DNA of 53,391 nucleotides, taken from NCBI GenBank assembly GCA_021741765.1, contig JAIOXH010000001.1, forward strand, positions 1-53,391. Reading direction: 5' to 3'. The stretch's first letter is position 1. Every line of letters begins with the position of its first letter. Shown here piece by piece: positions 9,869-17,767 of the stretch. Source of the DNA: Aurantimicrobium sp. (lineage in GTDB: Bacteria > Actinomycetota > Actinomycetes > Actinomycetales > Microbacteriaceae). A program made the position numbers and the translations under genes. The notes under the pieces are model-generated. The model did not search any database, was not told where the DNA came from, and saw only the letters and a program-made list of their open reading frames with translations.

Positions 9869-11844
9869 CCATCGAATCAGGTACCTTGCTACGACCGGCG
9901 ATTGATCGCTCTCACTGGTCAGATTCCCGCATGGGGCGCTTTCTTGAGCGCATCGCCGCGCGCGAGGGCATCACCTTTGCCACGTTCGAAGACGCCTGGC
10001 AGTGGTGCATCGACAACCTCGAAACATTCTGGGCCGACGTCATCGACGAGTTCGACATCATTCTGCATTCGCCATATGAGCGCATCCTGGCCTCGCGCCA
10101 GATGCCCGGAGCCGAGTGGCTTCCCGGGGCAACCCTGAACTATGCCGAAAATGCCGTTTCGGCACTGCGCGCGCGTGGCGACAATCGCTCACTTATTGCG
10201 CGCTCGCAGACCAACGGCGCTCGCGAGTGGTCGGCCAATCGTCTCGTCGAAGAAGTGGGACGCGTTCAAGCGGGACTGCGTCGCGCCGGTGTAGGCGTGG
10301 GCGACCGCGTGGTGGCCTACCTTCCCAACCTTCCGGAGACGGTGGCCGTGTATCTGGCCACGGCGTCGCTCGGGGCCATCTTCTGTTCGATTCCTCCTGA
10401 GATGGGCCCGACGAGCATGATCGATCGAGCGGGTCAGCTCGACGCCAAGGTGATCATCGCCGTCGACGGCTACGTGTGGGGCACCAAGCGGGTGGGTCGC
10501 ATGGATGAGCTCGCGCGCATCCGTGAGGCCATCCCGAGTGCCCAGTACGTCGTGCTGCCGTATCTCGATACCGACGTCACGATTCCTTCGGGCATGGCGT
10601 CATACGCCGACTTCACGGCAGAGCAGAACGAACCCACCTTTGAGGCTGTGCCCTTCAACCATCCGCTGGTAATCCTGTTTTCGTCGGGCACGACGGGCAA
10701 GCCCAAGGCCATTGTGCACTCCCACGGCGGCATGCTCTTGGCTCACCTGCGTGACATTGGCCTGCACTTCGACATCAACGAGAAGGATGTCAACTTTTGG
10801 TACTCCACCACCGGCTGGATGGTGTGGACCCTGAGCGTGTCCAACCTGTTGGTGGGCGCGGCCATGGTGCTGATGGACGGCGACCCAAACTTTCCGTCGC
10901 TCGACGGCGAGTGGTCGCAGTGGGCGGTCGCTGCCGAGACGGGCGCCACCTACATGGCCACCAGTTCGGCGTATCTGGCCGCGTGTGCCCATGCCGGCAT
11001 GACACCGGGTTCGACGTGGGACCTCTCGAAGCTTCGCGAGATTCAGTGCTCGGGCTCACCGCTGGCTGCCGACGTGGCTGCCTGGGTGTACGCCGAGGTG
11101 AGCCCCACGCTCACGCTCACCCCCGCATCCGGTGGTACCGATATCTGTTCGGGGTTCCTCATGGGCTCGCCCCTCACAGCGGTTTATGCCGGCGAGATGT
11201 CGTGCCGCCCCCTCGGCGTAGCCACCGATTCGTGGGACCCGAGCGGCCACTCGATTGCCGGTGAACCCGGCGAACTGGTCTGCACCCAGCCCCTGCCCAA
11301 CATGCCGGTGTACTTCTGGGGCGACGACAACTTTGAGCGCTACCTGGCCAGTTACTTTGACACCTACCCCGGAATCTGGCGCCACGGCGACTGGTTGATT
11401 CGTACGCCTCGCGATACCTGGATGATTACGGGTCGGTCGGATGCCACGCTCAACCGCGGTGGCGTGCGCTTGGGCACCGCCGAGTTCTACGCCGTCCTCG
11501 ATCCGTTGCCCGGCGTGAACGACTCCATGGTGATGCACTTCGAAGACCCGGATGGCGGTATGGGAACGCTCGTCATGCTCGTTGTGGCGGGAGCAGAGAC
11601 CGACCACGCCGAGCTCGAAAAGGCGATTCGCACCGCCATTCGCACCGAGCTGTCACCTCGCCACGTGCCCGACGCCATCGTGTTCACCGAGAGCGTGCCG
11701 CGCACGGCGACGGGCAAGCGCCTCGAGATTCCGCTCAAGCGCGTGGTGCAGGGCATGACCGGCGAAAACGTGATGGATCGCAGCGTGCTCGTCAACCCTC
11801 AGCATGTCGACGACATCGTGGCGGCGGTGCGCGCCGTAATCTAG
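9865..11844 (+). CDS. Acetoacetyl-CoA synthetase (acetoacetate-CoA ligase)
   Basis: Strong resemblance to AACS: FWADVIDEF..., LNYAEN, ILFSSGTTGKPKAIVHSHGG, GRSDATLNRGGVRLGTAEFY, SPRHVPDAIVFTESVPRTATGKRLE. GTG start at 9865 after GAGGAG, overlapping the IclR stop (GTGA). Confidence 0.88.
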   Translation: MTIESGTLLRPAIDRSHWSDSRMGRFLERIAAREGITFATFEDAWQWCIDNLETFWADVIDEFDIILHSPYERILASRQMPGAEWLPGATLNYAENAVSALRARGDNRSLIARSQTNGAREWSANRLVEEVGRVQAGLRRAGVGVGDRVVAYLPNLPETVAVYLATASLGAIFCSIPPEMGPTSMIDRAGQLDAKVIIAVDGYVWGTKRVGRMDELARIREAIPSAQYVVLPYLDTDVTIPSGMASYADFTAEQNEPTFEAVPFNHPLVILFSSGTTGKPKAIVHSHGGMLLAHLRDIGLHFDINEKDVNFWYSTTGWMVWTLSVSNLLVGAAMVLMDGDPNFPSLDGEWSQWAVAAETGATYMATSSAYLAACAHAGMTPGSTWDLSKLREIQCSGSPLAADVAAWVYAEVSPTLTLTPASGGTDICSGFLMGSPLTAVYAGEMSCRPLGVATDSWDPSGHSIAGEPGELVCTQPLPNMPVYFWGDDNFERYLASYFDTYPGIWRHGDWLIRTPRDTWMITGRSDATLNRGGVRLGTAEFYAVLDPLPGVNDSMVMHFEDPDGGMGTLVMLVVAGAETDHAELEKAIRTAIRTELSPRHVPDAIVFTESVPRTATGKRLEIPLKRVVQGMTGENVMDRSVLVNPQHVDDIVAAVRAVI

Positions 11845-11848
11845 AGAT

Positions 11849-13054
11849 GTGAGGGGCATCCTGCACGTCGATATGGATGCGTTCTTCGCGTCTGTCGAAC
11901 TGCTCGAGCGCCCGGAGCTTCGCGGCAAACCTGCGGTGGTCGCTCACGACTCCGGTCGCTCGGTGGTGACGAGCGCCACATACGAGGCCCGGGCACTCGG
12001 TGTGCACAGCGCCATGCCCCTGGCGTTTGCAAAACGTGCTGTGCCCGGTCTTATCGTTCTCGAACCGCATCGGGCGCTTTACACGCGCTACTCGCGCGAG
12101 GTCATGCAGATCTTCTCGGAGTACTCGCCGTTGGTTGAGGCGCTCAGCATTGACGAAGCGTTCATCGATGTCACGGGTGCGCGGCGCCTGTACGGCGAGC
12201 CGGCCGAGATTGGCGCCCTGATTCGTGACGACGTTCTGCGACGTACGGGTTTGACCTGTTCGGTAGGGGTGGCGAGCACAAAGTTCGTGGCCAAGATTGC
12301 GTCTGACATGTCTAAGCCCGACGGACTTCTCGAAGTGCCGCACGAAGAAACGCTGGACTTCTTGCACCCCCTGCCCATCCGCAAACTCTGGGGTGTGGGT
12401 GTGCAGACGGCCAAAGTTCTCGAACGCCGCGGTCTGCACACCGTGGGCGACGTGGCCGACACACCCGAACAGACCCTCGTGGCCGCGCTGGGCGAAGCGG
12501 CGGGTCGTCACCTCTTCGAACTGGCGTGGGGGCGAGACCCGCGAACGGTGATTCCCGAGCGACGCGAGAAAAGCGTGGGTCGGGAGCAAACGTTTGCCAC
12601 CGACCTCACAACCCGCGAACCCGTGGTCGCTGCATTTCTCGATCAGGCTGAGCGCGTAGGTAGAACCCTCCGCGTCGCCGGTCTGCGCGCGAAGACGGTC
12701 GGAATCAAGATCACCTTCGCCGACTTCCAATCGCTTACGAGAAGTCGCACCTTGCCCGAACCCACCGATGTGGGGCGCGAAATTTACGCCACGGCCTGCG
12801 CCCTTTTTGATGAGTTGGAGCTCGACCAGCCTGCCCGCCCCATTCGTTTGGTCGGAGTGCGCGCTCAATCGCTTGTCGTGCCCGAGGAAGGACTCGTGGG
12901 TTTATGGGAAGACGACAACGAAACGTGGCGCAAAGCCGAAGTAGCCGTCGACCGGGTCACCTCTCGTTTCGGGCCGGGCTTTGTAACTCCCGCCACACTT
13001 CTGGGCAAGCGCGGTAGTGTGGGGGAAACACGGGAGTCCGGTGAACCGGGCTGA
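11849..13054 (+). CDS. dinB: DNA polymerase IV (Y-family)
   Basis: ILHVDMDAFFASVE, PLAVGVASTKFVAKIASD-type motifs and LPIRKLWGVG. 401 aa. Confidence 0.93.
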   Translation: MRGILHVDMDAFFASVELLERPELRGKPAVVAHDSGRSVVTSATYEARALGVHSAMPLAFAKRAVPGLIVLEPHRALYTRYSREVMQIFSEYSPLVEALSIDEAFIDVTGARRLYGEPAEIGALIRDDVLRRTGLTCSVGVASTKFVAKIASDMSKPDGLLEVPHEETLDFLHPLPIRKLWGVGVQTAKVLERRGLHTVGDVADTPEQTLVAALGEAAGRHLFELAWGRDPRTVIPERREKSVGREQTFATDLTTREPVVAAFLDQAERVGRTLRVAGLRAKTVGIKITFADFQSLTRSRTLPEPTDVGREIYATACALFDELELDQPARPIRLVGVRAQSLVVPEEGLVGLWEDDNETWRKAEVAVDRVTSRFGPGFVTPATLLGKRGSVGETRESGEPG

Positions 13055-13118
13055 GAGGAACGTTGAAATAACGTTCGACCGTCGAACCTGATCTGGATCA
13101 TGCCAGCGCAGGGAGGCA
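13026..13118 (+). promoter_or_regulatory. TPP (THI-box) riboswitch
   Basis: ACACGGGAGUCCGGUGAACCGGGCUGAGAGG ... CGAACCUGAUCUGGAUCAUGCCAGCGCAGGGAGG matches the conserved CUGAGA and ACCUGAUCUGGAUAAUGCCAGCG(U/C)AGGGA cores. It sits directly upstream of a ykoE-like gene. Confidence 0.85.
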
Positions 13119-13122
13119 TCTC

Positions 13123-13794
13123 TTGAGAGAACCCGTGCACCTTTATACGGAAGGGGCACGCACAGTGCGCAACACAAACACCCAAAAATCAACTCCTCAA
13201 ACCCCCTCGCGGCGCCATTCCGTGCGGTCTCTGTTTCGCTGGCGCGTCGTTGACATCGTTGTGGCCGCCGTTCTCGGAGTCGCCGCCGGACTCGTCTTCT
13301 GGCTGTGGTCTCTCGCGTACCAGCCGCTGTCGGTTGTCCTCGGGCTCACACCGGGTCTCGAGGGGCTCACCGCGGGAGGCTGGCTCTTTGCCGGTGTTCT
13401 GGGTGGTCTCATCATTCGGCGTCCGGGAGCGGCTATCTTCACCTCGGTTGTCGCCGGAGTTGTTGAGGCCCTGCTCGGCAACGCGTGGGGCACCGGAAAC
13501 ATTATTTTTGCTGTCGTTCAGGGCGTGGGTGCCGAGATGGGCATCGCTCTCTTTGCCTACGCCTCGTCTCGCATCTTCGTGGCCATGATTGCCGGCGCGC
13601 TCGCCGGCGTGGCCAATGTGTTGATTACCATCCCGCTCTACTACTCGGGTGTGGTGCCCATGGTGGTCACCGTATACGCCGTCTCTGCCGTTGTTTCGGG
13701 AATCGTGCTCGGTGGAATCTTCGCGTGGATTGTGGCACGCGGCCTCGCACGCGCGGGAGCACTCTCTCGATTCCCCATGGCACACGCGAGGTAG
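13123..13794 (+). CDS. ykoE: ECF transporter S component, YkoE-like (HMP/thiamine precursor uptake)
   Basis: RRPGAAIFTSVVAGVVEALLGNAWG...VVQGVGAE aligns with B. subtilis YkoE RKPGAALVSEIIAALVECLLGNPSG...QGLGAE. The start is uncertain: TTG 13123, or in-frame GTG codons within the next ~40 nt. Confidence 0.82.
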   Translation: MREPVHLYTEGARTVRNTNTQKSTPQTPSRRHSVRSLFRWRVVDIVVAAVLGVAAGLVFWLWSLAYQPLSVVLGLTPGLEGLTAGGWLFAGVLGGLIIRRPGAAIFTSVVAGVVEALLGNAWGTGNIIFAVVQGVGAEMGIALFAYASSRIFVAMIAGALAGVANVLITIPLYYSGVVPMVVTVYAVSAVVSGIVLGGIFAWIVARGLARAGALSRFPMAHAR

Positions 13795-13795
13795 C

Positions 13796-15217
13796 GTGAG
13801 CGTTCCCGTCGGCGTTGAGGCCCGCGACTGGCGCTGGCAGTTTTCGGGGCGACCCCAGCCGGCACTCCACGATCTCAGCTTTAGCATCGCGCCCGGTGAG
13901 CGGATTCTGCTCTCCGGCCCTTCGGGGTGCGGAAAGAGCACGCTGCTCATGGCGCTGGCCGCAGTTCTGGGTGCAGATCAGGGGACGGAGACGGGCCTGC
14001 TCCTGGTGAACGACAGCGCACCGGATGCGGGCCGGCGTCTCACGGGTCTCGTGATGCAGGACCCTGAAACCCAAGTGATCATGGAGCGCGTGGGCGACGA
14101 CGTGGCCTTTGGCTGCGAGAACTTTGCCGTGCCCCGGGACGAAACGTGGCGACGGGTCCACGCCTCCCTCGCGAGCGTCGGACTCACGGGCCCCGGGCTT
14201 CCGGTCACCATCGATACGCCCACGGCAATTCTCTCGGGAGGTCAAAAACAGCGACTGGCGTTGGCCGGTGTCATTGCCTTCGAACCCGGGCTGCTGTTGC
14301 TCGACGAGCCCACGGCAAACCTCGACCCCCAGGGCGTGCTCGACGTCGTCGTCGCCGTGTCACGTGTGGTGCGCGAGACGGGATGCACGCTCATCGTGGT
14401 GGATCACAATCCGGCGCCCTGGGAGCAACTGCTCACGCGCGTAATCGCCCTCGACTCCTCCGGTGGTCTGGCATCCGAGAGTGCCGATTACCCGCGCGTG
14501 AACCGCGCTCGAGTGCCCGTAACGCGCGTGCCGGGTGATGTCGTCATATCCACGGTCAACCTGTCGGTGGGCCGACCGGGACAGCCGGCCATCTCGGTTC
14601 CCGACCTCACCCTTCGTGCCGGCACCATCACCGCGCTCTCCGGCATCAACGGCTCAGGGAAGTCAACCCTGTCGCTCACGCTCGGGGGGCTCCTGCCTCC
14701 GCGCTCGGGCGAAATCATTGTGGGCGCGCCGCTGCGCCACGGCCTCCGCCCCCGCCAAGTTCCGTCCCCGCACCTGTGGCCGGCCCGGTCGCTGGTTCGC
14801 CGCGTTGGCAGCGTCTTTCAATCGCCGGAAAACCAGTTCGTTCAACCCACGGCTGCGTCAGAGGTGGGGCTTGCACTCCGCGTCACGGGAGTCAAGCGAC
14901 ACGAGGCCGCCGAACGTGTGCAGAGCAGGCTCGAGTTGATGGGGCTTGTCGACCTGGCGAGCGCTCATCCGTTCACCCTTTCCGGTGGTCAAAAGCGTCG
15001 CCTCGCTCTCGTTTCGGCCACGGTGACCCAACCAGGTCTTGTGGTGGTGGATGAGCCCACATTTGGCCAAGACGATGATTCGTGGTCGGATGTCGTGACC
15101 CTGCTCGACGAGCTGGCGCGGGCCGGGTCTGCCGTGGTGATCACGACCCACGATCCAGACCTTTTGGCTGTGGTTGACCACATTGTGACGCTGTCGCCTA
15201 TGGTGCCGGTCGCATGA
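13796..15217 (+). CDS. ykoD: ECF transporter duplicated ATPase (YkoD-like, two ABC domains)
   Basis: Two Walker A motifs (GPSGCGKST, GINGSGKST) and two LSGGQK(Q/R)R signatures. GTG start at 13796, 1 nt after the ykoE stop. The ORF-track 5' extension overlaps ykoE. Confidence 0.9.
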   Translation: MSVPVGVEARDWRWQFSGRPQPALHDLSFSIAPGERILLSGPSGCGKSTLLMALAAVLGADQGTETGLLLVNDSAPDAGRRLTGLVMQDPETQVIMERVGDDVAFGCENFAVPRDETWRRVHASLASVGLTGPGLPVTIDTPTAILSGGQKQRLALAGVIAFEPGLLLLDEPTANLDPQGVLDVVVAVSRVVRETGCTLIVVDHNPAPWEQLLTRVIALDSSGGLASESADYPRVNRARVPVTRVPGDVVISTVNLSVGRPGQPAISVPDLTLRAGTITALSGINGSGKSTLSLTLGGLLPPRSGEIIVGAPLRHGLRPRQVPSPHLWPARSLVRRVGSVFQSPENQFVQPTAASEVGLALRVTGVKRHEAAERVQSRLELMGLVDLASAHPFTLSGGQKRRLALVSATVTQPGLVVVDEPTFGQDDDSWSDVVTLLDELARAGSAVVITTHDPDLLAVVDHIVTLSPMVPVA

Positions 15218-15951
15218 ACCCGCTCGCACCGATTATCGCCACGAGCATCGTTGGCCTCGTGGTTCTGGTGTCGTTCGACCCGGTGTCGGTGGCGGTTGCT
15301 CTGGTCTGTCAAGCCATCGCGCTGCCGTGGCTTCGGCTACCCTTTCGACGAACATGGCCGATCGTGGGCATCGTGGCCGTGAGCGCCATTCTCGGTGCCA
15401 TGGGCACGGCGCTGTATGGCAGGCCCTCGGGGGAGTCTCTGCTGAATTGGGGCCCCGTGCATGTCACCACCGGTTCGCTTGACCTGGCCGTTCTCGTTGC
15501 CCTGCGCATCGTGGCGATTGCTCTGCCTGGCGCACTGGTCTTTGCGGCAACCAACCTCACCGCACTCGCGGATTCGCTCACCCAGATTGCTCGGCTGCCC
15601 TCGCGCTTTGTCGCTGGTGCACTCAGTTCGTTGCGCATGATGTCGCTGCTCAGCGACGACTGGCGCACCATGGGCTACGCCCGTCGAGCACGAGGTCTTG
15701 CCGCACGCGGTCCTCGGCAGTTTGCTGGGCAATCATTCGCGCTTTTTGTGAGAGCCGTGCGTCGAGGCTCGGCGCTTGCGACCACAATGGAGGCGCGCGG
15801 ATTCGGCGGACAGAATCAGCGGTCGTGGTCGCGTGTGTCGGTGTGGCGAACCCGCGACTGGCTTGTCGTGGCGGGGGGATGCCTTATCGCTTCACTCGTG
15901 GTGGGCATCTCAGTGGTTACCGGAAGTTGGGAGGTGGTGGTCTTTGGATAG
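15214..15951 (+). CDS. ykoC: ECF transporter T component (YkoC/CbiQ family)
   Basis: Polytopic membrane protein with ATGA overlap onto ykoD and a conserved Arg-rich cytoplasmic helix region (RTMGYARRARG). Confidence 0.85.
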   Translation: MNPLAPIIATSIVGLVVLVSFDPVSVAVALVCQAIALPWLRLPFRRTWPIVGIVAVSAILGAMGTALYGRPSGESLLNWGPVHVTTGSLDLAVLVALRIVAIALPGALVFAATNLTALADSLTQIARLPSRFVAGALSSLRMMSLLSDDWRTMGYARRARGLAARGPRQFAGQSFALFVRAVRRGSALATTMEARGFGGQNQRSWSRVSVWRTRDWLVVAGGCLIASLVVGISVVTGSWEVVVFG

Positions 15952-16561
15952 CAATGCTGCCGAGCCGGCACACCTTCGCTTCACTCCCGATGTCGACGAC
16001 GTCTGGCAACACGTGGAGGGCGTGCTCTCGGCCCGCGCAGGCGGGGGAGTCATAGGTTCGTCGACCGGTGCGCTGGTGCTCATTGATGGCGCCAGCGGGA
16101 CCGGCAAGACCTCGCTGGCTGCCGAGCTCGCGGCACGGTGGCCCACAGACCGCCAGGTGATTGTTGTGCACATGGACGACCTGTACGGCGGCTGGGACGG
16201 TCTCGCTGCAGGAATACTGGCGCTCGATGTCAGCCTCTTAACGCCACGTTCTCGGGGCGAAGACGCACACCTGGGCTCATACAACTGGGTGACTGAATCG
16301 TGGGACGACGGACAGGTCGTACTGACCGAAGTTGACGTCATCGTCGAGGGGTGCGGTAGCTTCGGTCCTGTTCTGGCACAGACGGCCGATGCGCGTATCT
16401 GGCTCGAAGCTCCCGAGAATCTGCGTCGTGAACGCGCCCTCGGACGTGGCGCCGAGGACTTCGAGCGGCACTGGGATATGTGGGAGCAACAGTTCCAGCA
16501 GTTTGAGCGTCGCGTGGAACCATCGCAGCTCGCGTCACTGCGCGTGAGGGCGAACCACTAG
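15944..16561 (+). CDS. Uridine-kinase/PRK-like P-loop protein of unknown substrate
   Basis: Walker A GASGTGKTS, VVHMDDLY, DVIVEGCG and RIWLEAPENLRRERALGRG follow the uridine-kinase family layout. My proposed TTG start at 15944 overlaps the ykoC stop by 8 nt. The start is uncertain. Confidence 0.6.
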   Translation: MDSNAAEPAHLRFTPDVDDVWQHVEGVLSARAGGGVIGSSTGALVLIDGASGTGKTSLAAELAARWPTDRQVIVVHMDDLYGGWDGLAAGILALDVSLLTPRSRGEDAHLGSYNWVTESWDDGQVVLTEVDVIVEGCGSFGPVLAQTADARIWLEAPENLRRERALGRGAEDFERHWDMWEQQFQQFERRVEPSQLASLRVRANH

Positions 16562-16570
16562 CCTGAGGAC

Positions 16571-16831
16571 ATGACAACCCCGAATCACGCAGACGTGTTC
16601 TACACCGCCGAGTTCATCGATGGCCCTCTCGCGGGCGATAGCGAAGAGCGTGTCCTCGTGCACGGAAAGCACGACGACTCTCTGGGCGTTGTTGCTCTCG
16701 TCGACGGTCTCGAATCGATCTTTCGCTACAACGCTCTTGAGTCTCGAGACATCGCCGGGAAGTTGCACGTTACCTACACGTTCAACGAGGCATCGAGCGA
16801 TCCGTTCGAGTCGGACGACGAAAACGAATAG
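16571..16831 (+). CDS. Small acidic hypothetical protein (86 aa)
   Basis: ATG-initiated ORF with genome-typical codon usage, followed by a strong terminator. I recognise no domain. Confidence 0.55.
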   Translation: MTTPNHADVFYTAEFIDGPLAGDSEERVLVHGKHDDSLGVVALVDGLESIFRYNALESRDIAGKLHVTYTFNEASSDPFESDDENE

Positions 16832-16845
16832 TTCACCGCTTTATG

Positions 16846-16883
16846 TGACGAAGGCCCGGAGATATTTCTCCGGGCCTTCGTCA
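16846..16883. terminator. Intrinsic terminator hairpin, usable from both strands
   Basis: TGACGAAGGCCCGGAGA / TCTCCGGGCCTTCGTCA, a 17-bp perfect stem with a 4-nt loop, placed between the small ORF and the 3' end of tRNA-His. Confidence 0.7.
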
Positions 16884-16885
16884 TA

Positions 16886-16962
16886 TGGGGTGAGTAACGG
16901 GGCTTGAACCCGCGACCTCCTGGACCACAACCAGGCGCTCTGCCAGCTGAGCTATACCCACC
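16886..16962 (-). tRNA. tRNA-His (anticodon GTG) with encoded G-1 and CCA
   Basis: Reverse complement: GGTGGGTATAGCTCAGCTGGCAGAGCGCCTGGTTGTGGTCCAGGAGGTCGCGGGTTCAAGCCCCGTTACTCACCCCA. It folds by hand into a cloverleaf with anticodon loop TTGTGGT. Confidence 0.95.
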
Positions 16963-17058
16963 ATGTGAGCCGCAAACGGCACCCCACAATTGTATAACGA
17001 GCAGGGATGCCGCGAAACGCGACGCTAATCGGTGCGCTTTCTGCTCAATCGGGTCGAA

Positions 17059-17691
17059 CTAGGAATCCGCTCCGAGGGTGGCGGCATACTCAGCGGTGAC
17101 GGCGTCCGAAATTTTTGCGGCTTCTTCGCTGGAGAGTCCCGGCTCGGCAATCAGCATGGCGCGGCGGTAGTACTCAAGTTCGCGAATCGACTCGATGATG
17201 TCGGCCAGCGCCCGGTGGTTGCCGTCTTTTGAGGGAGCGTTGAAGTACACCCGGGGGAACCAGCGGCGGGCCAGCTCTTTGAGCGACGAAACATCGATGT
17301 TTCTATAGTGCAAGGCCGCATCGAAGCGCGGCATGTATCGGGCCAAAAACATGCGGTCAGTGCCAATCGTGTTTCCGGCCAGCGGTGCTCGGTGACCTTC
17401 GGGAACGTGGGCGGCGAGGTACTCGAGCACCAGGGTCTCGGCTTCCGCGAGCGCCAGGCCGTCGTCGAGTTCGGTGATGAGTCCCGACTTGGTGTGCATC
17501 TCACGAACAAAGTCGCCCATGTTGTTCAGCGCCGTGGGGCTCGGCTTGATTACCAGAGATAAACCCTCGTGGCGGGGAACAAGGTTCGAGTCGGTGATGA
17601 TGACGGCAATCTCTACGATTTCGTCGATGGCTACGTCGAGCCCTGTCATTTCGCAGTCGACCCAGACGAGATAGTCGTTTCCATTAGCCAT
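17059..17691 (-). CDS. orn: Oligoribonuclease
   Basis: DEDDh exonuclease motifs: LVWVDCEMTGLD, and H...ALADI near the C-terminus. 210 aa. The orn-tRNA-His arrangement is typical of actinobacteria. Confidence 0.93.
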   Translation of the reverse strand: MANGNDYLVWVDCEMTGLDVAIDEIVEIAVIITDSNLVPRHEGLSLVIKPSPTALNNMGDFVREMHTKSGLITELDDGLALAEAETLVLEYLAAHVPEGHRAPLAGNTIGTDRMFLARYMPRFDAALHYRNIDVSSLKELARRWFPRVYFNAPSKDGNHRALADIIESIRELEYYRRAMLIAEPGLSSEEAAKISDAVTAEYAATLGADS

Positions 17692-17767
17692 GTGGCTCAG
17701 TTTAGTTTGGCGTCGCGACAGTATTCTTGAGGTGAATCATTCGGCCAACTCATCAAGGGGTGCTTTC

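Noticed and set aside
11792-12868. 358-aa minus-strand ORF antisense to dinB
   Set aside because: The dinB frame carries the canonical Y-family motifs. The antisense product is Arg/His-rich and has no motifs.
13649-13795. 5' extension of the ykoD ORF, and likewise 15776-15943 for the P-loop ORF
   Set aside because: Both extensions overlap the preceding well-supported genes in another frame. Closely spaced alternative starts (GTG 13796, TTG 15944) fit operon packing.
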